Source: Candidatus Pacearchaeota archaeon
GTDB taxonomy: Archaea; Nanobdellota; Nanobdellia; Pacearchaeales; GW2011-AR1
Direction: 5' to 3'
NCBI GenBank assembly: GCA_018304175.1
Contig: JAGVWT010000003.1
Location: forward strand, 1-64,000
Length of the DNA stretch: 64,000 nucleotides
This document shows positions 36,286-45,193 of the stretch, in pieces. The notes below the pieces were generated by a model. It ran no database searches. It was not told the DNA's origin and saw nothing but the letters and a program-made list of their open reading frames with translations. Made by a program: the position numbers and the translations under genes. The stretch's first letter is position 1, and each line of letters opens with the position of its first letter.

Positions 36286-37731
36286 ATGGAAATTGATTAC
36301 AAAAAAATTGGTTTGAAATGCGGTTTGGAGATTCATCAACAGCTTAATACTAAGAAGCTTTTTTGTGATTGTCCGAGTGTTTTGAGAAATGAGGTGCATG
36401 ATTTTTTTGTAAAAAGAAAACTTCATGCTGTTGCTGGAGAAAGCGGTGAGGTAGATGTTGCCGCGAAATATCAAACTTCTCTTGAGAAACAATTTATTTA
36501 TGAAGGCTATAAAGATACAACATGCTTAGTTGAACTTGACGAGTCACCTCCGAAGGAAATAAATTCTAAAGCATTAGGAATAGTATTACAGATTTCTTTG
36601 TTACTCAATGCGAAAATTTTTCCTGTTACACAAATAATGAGAAAAACGGTCGTTGATGGTTCAAACACTTCGGGGTTTCAGAGAACTGTTTTGATTGCTC
36701 ACGACGGTTTCATAGAAACTCGGGAAGGAAAAATTGGTATTGATTCTATTTGTCTGGAAGAAGATTCCGCTAGAAAAATATCTGAAACTGAGAATGGCTT
36801 GACTTACAGATTGGACAGGTTAGGGGTTCCTCTTGTTGAAATAGCAACTTCTGCAGAAATAAAATCACCAACACAGGCGAGAGAAGTTGCTTTGCATATC
36901 GGAAAAATTCTTCGAAGTTGTAATGTTAAAAGAGGAATTGGCACAATAAGGCAAGATGTAAATGTTTCTGTAAAAAAAGGGAGCAGGGTTGAAATAAAAG
37001 GTGTCCAGGATTTGAAGCTTATTGACAAGGCAGTTGAAAAGGAAGCCATAAGACAATCTAGTCTTATCAAACAAAACAAAAATGTAATATCAGAAGTCAG
37101 AAAAGCCTTGCTTAACGGTGAGACAGAGTTTTTGAGACCAATGCCGGGAAGTGCAAGAATGTATCCTGAGACAGATTTACCTTTGTTGAAAATATCAAGA
37201 GATTTGATAAATGAAGTAAAGAAAACCTTACCTCGCTTGAGAGATGAAACTGAAAGAGAATTACAAGACACCGGATTGAATTCAGAGATGATTAGGCTCT
37301 TATTTAAACGTAATAAAATAGATGAATTTAAAGAATTGCAGAAAACTCTTGATAACCCAAAACTTATAGCAAATATTCTTTTAGTTTACCCAAAAGAAAT
37401 ATCTAGTCATAGAAAAATTCCTCAAAAAAGAGTAGAAGAAATTCTAAATATTGATATTACAGAGTCTATTTTGAAAAACTTAAAGCAAAACAAAATTTCT
37501 GAGTCTCATGTGAAGCACGTTCTTGAAGAAATAGCTTCGGGAAAATCTATTGAAGAAGCGATTAAGCTGGAAACAGAAGATGAAAATATTCTGGAAGAAA
37601 AAATTTTTAAGATAGTAAAAGAAAAACCAGGGCTTTCACATCACGCGTATATGGGAATTATTATGAAAGAGCTTAAAGGCAAGGTTTCAGGCAAAGAGGC
37701 AATGGAAATTATTAAAAAGTATGTTCAATAA
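36286..37731 (+). CDS. gatE: Glutamyl-tRNA(Gln) amidotransferase subunit E (short form)
   Basis: GLKCGLEIHQQL, RKTVVDGSNTSGFQRT, RGIGTIRQDVN, RPMPGSARMYPETD. Confidence 0.95.
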   Translation: MEIDYKKIGLKCGLEIHQQLNTKKLFCDCPSVLRNEVHDFFVKRKLHAVAGESGEVDVAAKYQTSLEKQFIYEGYKDTTCLVELDESPPKEINSKALGIVLQISLLLNAKIFPVTQIMRKTVVDGSNTSGFQRTVLIAHDGFIETREGKIGIDSICLEEDSARKISETENGLTYRLDRLGVPLVEIATSAEIKSPTQAREVALHIGKILRSCNVKRGIGTIRQDVNVSVKKGSRVEIKGVQDLKLIDKAVEKEAIRQSSLIKQNKNVISEVRKALLNGETEFLRPMPGSARMYPETDLPLLKISRDLINEVKKTLPRLRDETERELQDTGLNSEMIRLLFKRNKIDEFKELQKTLDNPKLIANILLVYPKEISSHRKIPQKRVEEILNIDITESILKNLKQNKISESHVKHVLEEIASGKSIEEAIKLETEDENILEEKIFKIVKEKPGLSHHAYMGIIMKELKGKVSGKEAMEIIKKYVQ

Positions 37732-37739
37732 ATTTTATC

Positions 37740-39056
37740 ATGAAAAACCCAGAGTTAAAAAAACTAAATGAAAATAGAATTCTTGCTGAAGATGTTTTTA
37801 ATGGTAAAGAAAAATATGCAGAAGTTTCAGGATGGGTTCATAATTCTAGAGAGCTTGGAAAAATAAGGTTCATAATCCTTAGAGATTTTTCAGGAGTTAT
37901 CCAAATTACAGCTGTCAAAGGAAAAGTTACTGAAGAGATTTTTGACTTGATGAACAAATTAACAAGGGAGTCTGTAGTTTCAGTTAAGGGAAAAGTTGTT
38001 GATTCAAAACAAGCGCCTGGAGGAAAAGAGATTATTCCTGATGAAATTATCATTTTGAATTCCGCAGAAGACTTGCCGATTGACATCCCGTTTGACCCAA
38101 GCGGTGAGACAAAAACAGAATTACCTAAAAGACTTGATTACAGGTTTTTGGATTTTCACAGAAGAAAAATCCAGACAATTTTTAAAATTCAAACTACAAT
38201 TGCGACGGCATTCAGGGAGTTTTTTCAAAATAAAAATTATATAGAGATGCAACCACCTTGCATCATTGGTTCTGCCAGCGAAGGAGGAACCGATTTGTTT
38301 GAAGTAAAATATTTTGACAAGAAAGCGTATTTAGCCCAAAGCCCTCAATTGTACAAGCAAATGATCGCATGTAGTATGGAAAAAACTTTTATGATAACAC
38401 CTGTATGGCGTGCAGAAAAACATAACACAACGAGACACATAAACGAAATAAGGCAAATGGATATTGAAGTTGCATTTGCAGGGCAATTTGAAGTGATGAA
38501 AGAATTGGAAGAAGTTGTGAAGTTTATTGCTAAAAATGTGATTGAAAAAAACAAAAAAGAATTAGAAATGCTTGGCGTGAAACTAAAAATCCCAAAAGCC
38601 GTTTATTTGAGTTACGAAGAAGCTATAAAAAAAGTTAATGGAAAACCTGGAGAGGATTTTACGCCTGAGCAAGAAAGAAAACTTTGTGAAAAGTATGAAG
38701 GAGACATTGTTTTTGTGCATTCATGGCCATCTTCACTGAAGCCTTTTTATATTATGCCTCAAAACGAAAATAAAAATTCAGATTTTAGCGAGGGTTTTGA
38801 TGCTCTTTATGGAGGTATGGAAATTTCTTCTGGCGGACAGAGGATTCATCTCCCTGAATTGTTGATTGAAAGAATAAAATCAAAAAAACTAAATCCTAAA
38901 AATTTTAAAGATTATATTGATTCATTCCGTTACGGAGCTCCACCTCATGCAGGTTGGAGCTTGGGTTTGGAAAGACTAACTCAAGTAATTTGTAGCTTAA
39001 ACAACATCAAAGAAGCTACGATGTTCCCGCGAGATAAAGATAGATTGAATCCTTAA
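37740..39056 (+). CDS. aspS: Aspartate--tRNA ligase (archaeal type, probably non-discriminating)
   Basis: OB domain, SEGGTDLF, LAQSPQLYKQ, RAEKHNTTRH, EISSGGQR, G.GLER; flanked by gatCAB genes. Confidence 0.95.
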   Translation: MKNPELKKLNENRILAEDVFNGKEKYAEVSGWVHNSRELGKIRFIILRDFSGVIQITAVKGKVTEEIFDLMNKLTRESVVSVKGKVVDSKQAPGGKEIIPDEIIILNSAEDLPIDIPFDPSGETKTELPKRLDYRFLDFHRRKIQTIFKIQTTIATAFREFFQNKNYIEMQPPCIIGSASEGGTDLFEVKYFDKKAYLAQSPQLYKQMIACSMEKTFMITPVWRAEKHNTTRHINEIRQMDIEVAFAGQFEVMKELEEVVKFIAKNVIEKNKKELEMLGVKLKIPKAVYLSYEEAIKKVNGKPGEDFTPEQERKLCEKYEGDIVFVHSWPSSLKPFYIMPQNENKNSDFSEGFDALYGGMEISSGGQRIHLPELLIERIKSKKLNPKNFKDYIDSFRYGAPPHAGWSLGLERLTQVICSLNNIKEATMFPRDKDRLNP

Positions 39057-39057
39057 C

Positions 39058-39447
39058 ATGACAGATTTTTTATTTCATAAAGTTTCCGACGAAGAAAAAG
39101 CTGAAATTCAAAGACAGGCGAAAGAGATAATGGACAAATTTTCTGAAAGAATGTCTAAAGTAAAAGCAAAAATTTCAGAGTCACTTATTGAAAGAAAAGA
39201 TTTTGAACGAGAAGAGAAAAAGGATATTGCTAATGCTTTTCCACCCAACTCGCGCCCTGACTTTGCTATAAATAACAAAATTGCTAAAGTCAAAACACTC
39301 GCCCACCCTGAAAAAAATAGTCATTTAAAAGAAAGAAACCAAGCCATTCACTTAAAAGAAAAAGAAGATTTCAGGAGAAGAATTCTAGAAAATGCTCCAA
39401 ATAAAAACAAGGATTTTATCATCGCTGAGAAAAAATCCTGGAAATAA
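39058..39447 (+). CDS. gatC: GatC with an internal ~47-aa insertion
   Basis: Position between aspS and gatA; ends FRRRILENAP...DFIIAEK; 129 aa. Confidence 0.7.
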   Translation: MTDFLFHKVSDEEKAEIQRQAKEIMDKFSERMSKVKAKISESLIERKDFEREEKKDIANAFPPNSRPDFAINNKIAKVKTLAHPEKNSHLKERNQAIHLKEKEDFRRRILENAPNKNKDFIIAEKKSWK

Positions 39448-39448
39448 A

Positions 39449-40765
39449 ATGACAACTTTACAAAATCTTCAGAAATATCTTGATAAAATAAGAAGAGAAG
39501 ACAAAAAAATAAATGCATTTTTGCAGTTGAGGGACGAAGAAGAGCTTATTGAAGAAGCGAAAAAAATTGATGAGAAAATTTCTAAAAAATCCGCTGGTAA
39601 ATTAGCTGGAAAAGTAATTGCAGTTAAAGCCAATATTAATGTTAAAGGTTTAAACATCAGTTGTGCTTCGAAGACCTTGGAGAATTATAAAGGAACTTAT
39701 GATGCTTCTGTTATCAAAAAAATAAAAGAAGAAGATGGATTAATTATTGGAATTACAAATATGGACGAGTTTGCTTGTGGAAGCAGTGGAGAAAATTCTG
39801 CCTTCGGACCGACGAGAAATCCAATTAATAATCAATTAATTACTGGGGGAAGCAGTAGCGGAAGTGCGGCTGCTGTAAGTGCAGGATTCTGCGACTTCAC
39901 TCTTGGTTCTGATACAGGGGGAAGTATAAGAAACCCTGCAAGCCATTGTGGTGTAGTTGGAGTCAAGCCGAGTTACGGTTCTGTTAGCAGGTATGGTTTG
40001 ATTGATTTATCAATGAGTTTAGATCAGATTGGTCCTTTTGCAAAAAATGTTGAAGACGCAGCGATTTTGCTTGATGTTATTTATGGAAAAGATGAGTATG
40101 ATTCAATATCAGAAAGCGGAAAGATTAATCTAAAAGAAATAGAAAAAACCCCCAAAAATCTCACAATTGGAGTTGTGAATTTTAAAATTCAAGACAAAAG
40201 AATTCAGGAAATTGTTGACAGGAAGATACAAGAAGCAGTAAAAAAATATAAATGGGATGTTAAAAAAATAAATATGAAATATGTCGACTTGATGGTTGAG
40301 ACTTATTATCCTCTGGTTTACGTTGAATTTTTTTCAGGAACAAGGAAGTTTGATGGAAGGCGCTATGGAATGAAAATTGAAAATAGTGCAGGAGTTGAAG
40401 TTTTACGAAGAATTCTCGGAGGAAGCGAAATAACAAAAGCAGAGCATCATGGAAGATATTATAATAAATCATTGAAAGTTCGTAAACTCGTAACAGAAGA
40501 ATTTACAAAAGCATTTAAGAAAGTTGATTGTATTATTATTCCAACAGTTCCAAAATTACCTCATAAAATCGGAGAGAAGATTACCGTCGAGGAAATGTAT
40601 TCTTACGACACTTTAACTATTCCCTCAAATTTGACAGGAAATTGTTCATTAAGCATTCCTGCCGGCAAAATTCAAGGAATTCCTGTTGGAATGCAGATAA
40701 TCTGCGATAAATTTCAAGATACTAAGATGTTGCAGATTGCGCGAAGTTTTGAAAAGCTTAGTTGA
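39449..40765 (+). CDS. gatA: Amidotransferase subunit A
   Basis: KANI, TNMDEFACGSS, GGSSSGSAAAV, GSDTGGSIRNPA amidase signature. Confidence 0.95.
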   Translation: MTTLQNLQKYLDKIRREDKKINAFLQLRDEEELIEEAKKIDEKISKKSAGKLAGKVIAVKANINVKGLNISCASKTLENYKGTYDASVIKKIKEEDGLIIGITNMDEFACGSSGENSAFGPTRNPINNQLITGGSSSGSAAAVSAGFCDFTLGSDTGGSIRNPASHCGVVGVKPSYGSVSRYGLIDLSMSLDQIGPFAKNVEDAAILLDVIYGKDEYDSISESGKINLKEIEKTPKNLTIGVVNFKIQDKRIQEIVDRKIQEAVKKYKWDVKKINMKYVDLMVETYYPLVYVEFFSGTRKFDGRRYGMKIENSAGVEVLRRILGGSEITKAEHHGRYYNKSLKVRKLVTEEFTKAFKKVDCIIIPTVPKLPHKIGEKITVEEMYSYDTLTIPSNLTGNCSLSIPAGKIQGIPVGMQIICDKFQDTKMLQIARSFEKLS

Positions 40766-40894
40766 TAATTCTCTCGTCGTTGCTCAATTACTTTCAATTT
40801 CCCCCTCATAAAATTATTAATACCAAAACAAAATTTACATTAACACTATCTCACCCACCATAAAAGCGAACGCAATGGGTGATGAGATTTTAAA
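40766..40894. repeat. Dispersed MITE-like element, copy Y
   Basis: Degenerate L end at 40766-40800 and R end AAGCGAACGCAATGGGTGATGAGATTTTAAA at 40864-40894. Confidence 0.6.
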
Positions 40895-40963
40895 CAGAGA
40901 TTAATTGTTAGACAAAGCCTTAATCATCAAAAGTCTTTAAAACACTGGAATTTTCTTGCTTTT

Positions 40964-41629
40964 ATGAAAGTTGGTGATACAGAAATAAAGTGGTTGGGGC
41001 ACGCTGGTTTTATGATTAAGAATTCGCATGTGATTTACATTGACCCTTATAATATAAAAGACAGGACTGAAAAAGCTGATTTGATTTTGCTGACTCATAG
41101 CCATTACGATCATTGCAGCATCGCAGATATAGAAAAAGTTGTGAAAGAGGGAACGAAAATAATTCTTCCTGCTGATTGCCAGAGTAAACTTGCGAGAATA
41201 AAAACACCGATAAAGATGGAGATTATTCAACCATCGCAGGAGTTTGTTTTTAAAAATGTGAGAATTACGACGCTGCCGGCATATAATATTGACAAACCGT
41301 TTCATCCGAAAGAAGAAGCTTGGGTGGGGTATTTAATTAAGATGAACGATGTTTTAATTTATCATGCAGGCGATACTGATTTGATTCCTGAAATGCAAAC
41401 ACTCACAGGATTTAGACATGAAGGTCAGAAACTTGTTGCCTTGCTCCCTGTTGGGGGAAGGTTCACGATGAATGCAGAAGAAGCTGCAGAATCTGCGAAG
41501 TTGATAAAACCATTTATTGCAATTCCTATGCATTATGGAACAATCGTCGGAACAGAAGAAGACGCAAAAGAATTCAAAACTCTTTGTAGCGAGGAAAATC
41601 TCAACGCAGAAATTATGGAAAAAGAATGA
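40964..41629 (+). CDS. Metallo-beta-lactamase-fold hydrolase (UPF0173-like)
   Basis: WLGHAGF, IDP, THSHYDH, YHAGDT, IPMHYG. Confidence 0.9.
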   Translation: MKVGDTEIKWLGHAGFMIKNSHVIYIDPYNIKDRTEKADLILLTHSHYDHCSIADIEKVVKEGTKIILPADCQSKLARIKTPIKMEIIQPSQEFVFKNVRITTLPAYNIDKPFHPKEEAWVGYLIKMNDVLIYHAGDTDLIPEMQTLTGFRHEGQKLVALLPVGGRFTMNAEEAAESAKLIKPFIAIPMHYGTIVGTEEDAKEFKTLCSEENLNAEIMEKE

Positions 41630-41679
41630 TATTATTTTCAAATATAAATCTATAAAAAGGATAAATCTTTTTGAATTAA

Positions 41680-42102
41680 ATGAATAAGATAGAATTGGTT
41701 TTGTTTGGTTCTATAGCTCTTTTGAGTGCTGGTATTGGATTTAAAACTGGATATCAAATGCACGAAAATACGGTGAAGCCAGCAAACTTAGAAGACAATC
41801 TTGTAACAGAAAGAAATCCTAATTCTCCTGTTTTTGAATTTCATGGTGTAAAAAATGTTGGGTTTAAAGATAATTTAGCTCCAGGAATGAAAGCATATGT
41901 TAGATATGAAAGCAGGTTAACTCAGCTAGAAGCATATTATGTTAACCAAGAAAGATCTGAGTTTAGAATGCCTGATGAAGTATTTAACGGAAGTGAAAAT
42001 TATTTTTTTATTTATGCTAAAGACAGGGATGGAAATTTTTCTGAGACAAAAAGGTTGTATGTTTTAGATGGTGTTGTTATTGATTCACTATCAGGAAGCT
42101 AA
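41680..42102 (+). CDS. Hypothetical membrane-anchored protein
   Basis: N-terminal hydrophobic helix; no motif. Confidence 0.6.
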   Translation: MNKIELVLFGSIALLSAGIGFKTGYQMHENTVKPANLEDNLVTERNPNSPVFEFHGVKNVGFKDNLAPGMKAYVRYESRLTQLEAYYVNQERSEFRMPDEVFNGSENYFFIYAKDRDGNFSETKRLYVLDGVVIDSLSGS

Positions 42103-42349
42103 TTTTTTAGTCCACAAAAATATTTTTAATCACTTAACACTCAAAAAAATATTTTCCTAGAGTATAGAAATATTTTTAAAGAACAAGTTCTTCAGTTTTT
42201 TATTACATTAGTTTATTCAATTGGGGGATTGAATAAATTAATCTTTGTATTGTCTGAATTCTATTTTAATAGTGTTAAGTATGACACATATATAAATCTT
42301 TCGACGAAAGATTTTTTGGAAACAACTGAAAGGAGGTTAATGAAAAAAC

Positions 42350-43429
42350 ATGGTATTAGATTTTGCGAAAGAAGCTATACAGAATACAGCAACACATAGC
42401 ATTAACTTTGATGAGTTGAAAGCTGGAAAGGCTAACATCAAGGTTGTTGGTTGTGGAGGAATGGGTGGCAATGCAGTCACATGGCTTTATAATAAAGGAA
42501 TAAACGGCGCAACTGTTTACGCAATAAATACTGATGCTCTTCACTTAAGTGTTACAAAGGCTGATGACAAAATCCTAATCGGAAAGGAATTAACTCGTGG
42601 TCTTGGAGCTGGTGGAAAGCCTCAGGTTGGAAGAGAAGCTACAAAAGAAACTATGGCTGAAATCAAAAAGATGGTTTCTGGTGCAGATATGGTTTGGGTT
42701 GTTGCAGGACTTGGAGGAGGAACAGGAACAGGCTCTGCTCCAGTTGTTGCTCAGATAGCAAAAGAATCAGGTGCTGTAGTCATAGGTATTGTAACAATGC
42801 CTTTCGAGGCTGAAAAAGCAAGAATTGACAAGGCAGAATTTGGGCTTCAAGAATTGAGAGACCAAACAGACACTTGCATTGTTCTTGACAACAACAGACT
42901 TGTTGACATCGCAGGCCAATTGCCAATTGAGCAGGCATTCGCTGTTGCAAACGAACTTATCTCTACAATGATTAAAGGAATTGTTGAGACAATTACATTG
43001 CCAAGTTTGATTAACTTGGATTATGCAGACGTTTCAGCAATAATGAAAGGTGGAGGAGTTGCTGTTATTGGAATCGGGGAAGCTGACACAACAGATAGAG
43101 TTAACGAAGCTGTAAAACAGGCTTTGACTCATCCTTTGCTTGATGTTGATTATAGAGGTGCAGATGGAGCTTTAATCCACGTTACTTGCGGTCCTGATAT
43201 GAAGCTTGAAGAATTTGAGGCTGTCGGAAGATTAGTCTCTGAAAATTTAAGCCAGGATGCGAATGTTATCATCGGAGCAAGAATCAACAAAGAATTTCAA
43301 GGAAGAGTAAGGGTTATAACAATCATGACTGGTGTGAAGAGTCCATACATAATGGGTAGAGCAACAGAAGACAAAGCATTCCCTGTATCAAAAGAAATCT
43401 CTGATCTTGGTATAGAGGTCTGGAGATAA
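42350..43429 (+). CDS. ftsZ: Cell division protein FtsZ
   Basis: VVGCGGMGGN, NTD, GLGGGTGTG tubulin signature, INLDYAD. Confidence 0.97.
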   Translation: MVLDFAKEAIQNTATHSINFDELKAGKANIKVVGCGGMGGNAVTWLYNKGINGATVYAINTDALHLSVTKADDKILIGKELTRGLGAGGKPQVGREATKETMAEIKKMVSGADMVWVVAGLGGGTGTGSAPVVAQIAKESGAVVIGIVTMPFEAEKARIDKAEFGLQELRDQTDTCIVLDNNRLVDIAGQLPIEQAFAVANELISTMIKGIVETITLPSLINLDYADVSAIMKGGGVAVIGIGEADTTDRVNEAVKQALTHPLLDVDYRGADGALIHVTCGPDMKLEEFEAVGRLVSENLSQDANVIIGARINKEFQGRVRVITIMTGVKSPYIMGRATEDKAFPVSKEISDLGIEVWR

Positions 43430-43442
43430 ATTCATTTTTCTG

Positions 43443-43466
43443 AAGCCGTCCAATTTTGGCCGGCTT
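43443..43466 (+). terminator. Hairpin after ftsZ
   Basis: aagccg/cggctt plus inner cca/tgg, followed by T-rich tract. Confidence 0.45.
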
Positions 43467-43508
43467 TCTTATTATTTTTATTTTTAGAACTATTTGGAAA
43501 TCTGAAAA

Positions 43509-43540
43509 AATTCTCTTCGCCATGCTCAGTTATTTTTATA
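43509..43540. repeat. Solo L end of the dispersed repeat (copy Z)
   Basis: 28/32 identity to 31246-31277. Confidence 0.7.
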
Positions 43541-43582
43541 ATAGATGGTTAGAGATGATTAAGCTGTCTTGTGTAAACTAAA

Positions 43583-44150
43583 TTATTCTTCTACCAATTC
43601 ATCAAGGCTTTTTGGTTTTCTTTTTATCTCAAGAGTGGAAAATAATAAACTCAATGTTTCTTCCAAAGGAATATTTTTGCCATGTATATATGACGAAACC
43701 GTCTGTCGTGTCACACCTATCTGTTCTGCAAGCCATGTTTGATTTTTTCCTAGTTTCTTCAAACTATATTTTATTAAGTCGCTTAACTCTTTATTCGTAT
43801 GTCTTTGACTTCTTTTTACAGCAAGATGTTCTCGATATTTGCTAAGATTCTTGAAACCTTTTTGTACAGCAAGATGTTCTTGATATTCGCTACGATTCTT
43901 GAAACCTTTTTTTACAGCAAGATGTTCTTGATATTCGCTACGATTCTTGAAACCTTTTTTTACAGCAAGATGTTCCATATATTCGTTTAAATTCTTGAAA
44001 CCTTTTTGTACCTTGTCTTCTGCCTTCTGTAAGACCCCATGCAGAAGTATAAGATATGTTTATAGATTTAGCAATATCAGTTATACTATCTCCTGTTTCA
44101 TACATTTCCCATGCTCTTTCTCTCTGTCTGTCTTGTATTTTTCTTTGCAT
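43583..44150 (-). pseudogene. Frameshifted HTH - repeat - XRE-HTH regulator
   Basis: 44150 ORF gives an N-terminal HTH (DSITDIAKSINISYTSAW); the repeat and the C-terminal XRE HTH (QTWLAEQIGVTRQTVSSY) are in the +1 frame. Confidence 0.65.
43813..44011. repeat. 48-bp tandem repeat, about 4 units, encoding EHLAVKKGFKNRSEYQ
   Basis: TACAGCAAGATGTTC recurs at 43817, 43865, 43913, 43961. Confidence 0.95.
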
Positions 44151-44230
44151 AGAAAAAGAGATGAAAAACCACTTATAAAAGTATCTATAAGTATAAACTA
44201 TGAAGTAGTTAATTATACCTCAATTTAACA

Positions 44231-44800
44231 TTAATCAACAAATCCTTTTGGACTTTTCATCTTTACATTTCCATATTGGTTGAAATAAAGGATATTGTCC
44301 AAATCTATTGGATTTTTCTTTTTTTGATTTCCAAAACCAAATCCTATTGGAAATATTGCTTCAACATTTGATGATTCAGGAATTTTTAATTCCCTTTTGA
44401 TTTGTTTTTCTGTAAAGAAACCTATCCAGCATGTTGAGAGATTTTTTTCAGTGATTTTCAGAAGAAAATTTTCTATCGCTGCTCCTGCCTGCTGCTTCCC
44501 GTATTTCTTTCCAAATTCATTACCGAATGAGTTTTTTAGTCTGGAATGGTCGGAAATTACAACTAAAACATAACTTGCATCCGCGATGAAATCCTGTTGA
44601 CATGCTTCTGTAATTTTTTTGATTTTATTTTTATCATCAACTAGAATGAATTTTAATGTAAAGTTTTTTCCTGCTTTTGGAGAATAGCGTGTAGCGTCGA
44701 TACACTCTATTATGTCTCTCCAATCTGGCTTTTTGCTCTTGAATTTCTTAACACTTGTTCTTGAGTGGATTGCTTTATCTAAGTCCATTTTTTCCTTCAC
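44231..44800 (-). CDS. Nitroreductase family protein
   Basis: AIHSRTSVKKF, SPKAG, AAIENFLL, STCWIG, IFPIG. Confidence 0.9.
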   Translation of the reverse strand: MKEKMDLDKAIHSRTSVKKFKSKKPDWRDIIECIDATRYSPKAGKNFTLKFILVDDKNKIKKITEACQQDFIADASYVLVVISDHSRLKNSFGNEFGKKYGKQQAGAAIENFLLKITEKNLSTCWIGFFTEKQIKRELKIPESSNVEAIFPIGFGFGNQKKKNPIDLDNILYFNQYGNVKMKSPKGFVD

Positions 44801-44895
44801 TATTTATTTCCCAACCCATCCGCCCGAAGGCAGCCGAGTTAATGTAAATATAAAACAAGGAAGGAAAAAAGAGATTAAAAATGTTTTTAAGTTTT

Positions 44896-45156
44896 TTAGG
44901 CGGCATAATGGGTTAATGTTGGTCTTTTTTCGTTAAAATAAGTTCTCCGTGTAATTACTTTTCTTGTATCAATTTCTTTCTTACTTAAACCTTCAAGTAA
45001 ATTTATTAAGTTTTTTCCATGACCTATTATTTTTCTATTATATATCGCGACCCATTCGTCAGGATATTCTATTCTTAAATTTTCATAATTTTCATCAAAG
45101 TATTCGAAATTATCACTAAACCCCTGTACTATTTTATCAGCTTTTCTAGATTTCAT
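44896..45156 (-). CDS. DUF5678-like protein
   Basis: NYENLRIEYPDEWVAIYNRKIIGHGK pattern. Confidence 0.6.
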   Translation of the reverse strand: MKSRKADKIVQGFSDNFEYFDENYENLRIEYPDEWVAIYNRKIIGHGKNLINLLEGLSKKEIDTRKVITRRTYFNEKRPTLTHYAA

Positions 45157-45193
45157 GATAAAAATATTTATTTAAAGTTTATAAAAATTATTG

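Noticed and set aside
43813-44011. 48-bp repeat as a CRISPR array
   Set aside because: Units are contiguous with no unique spacers, are a multiple of 3, and encode a peptide repeat; no cas genes seen.
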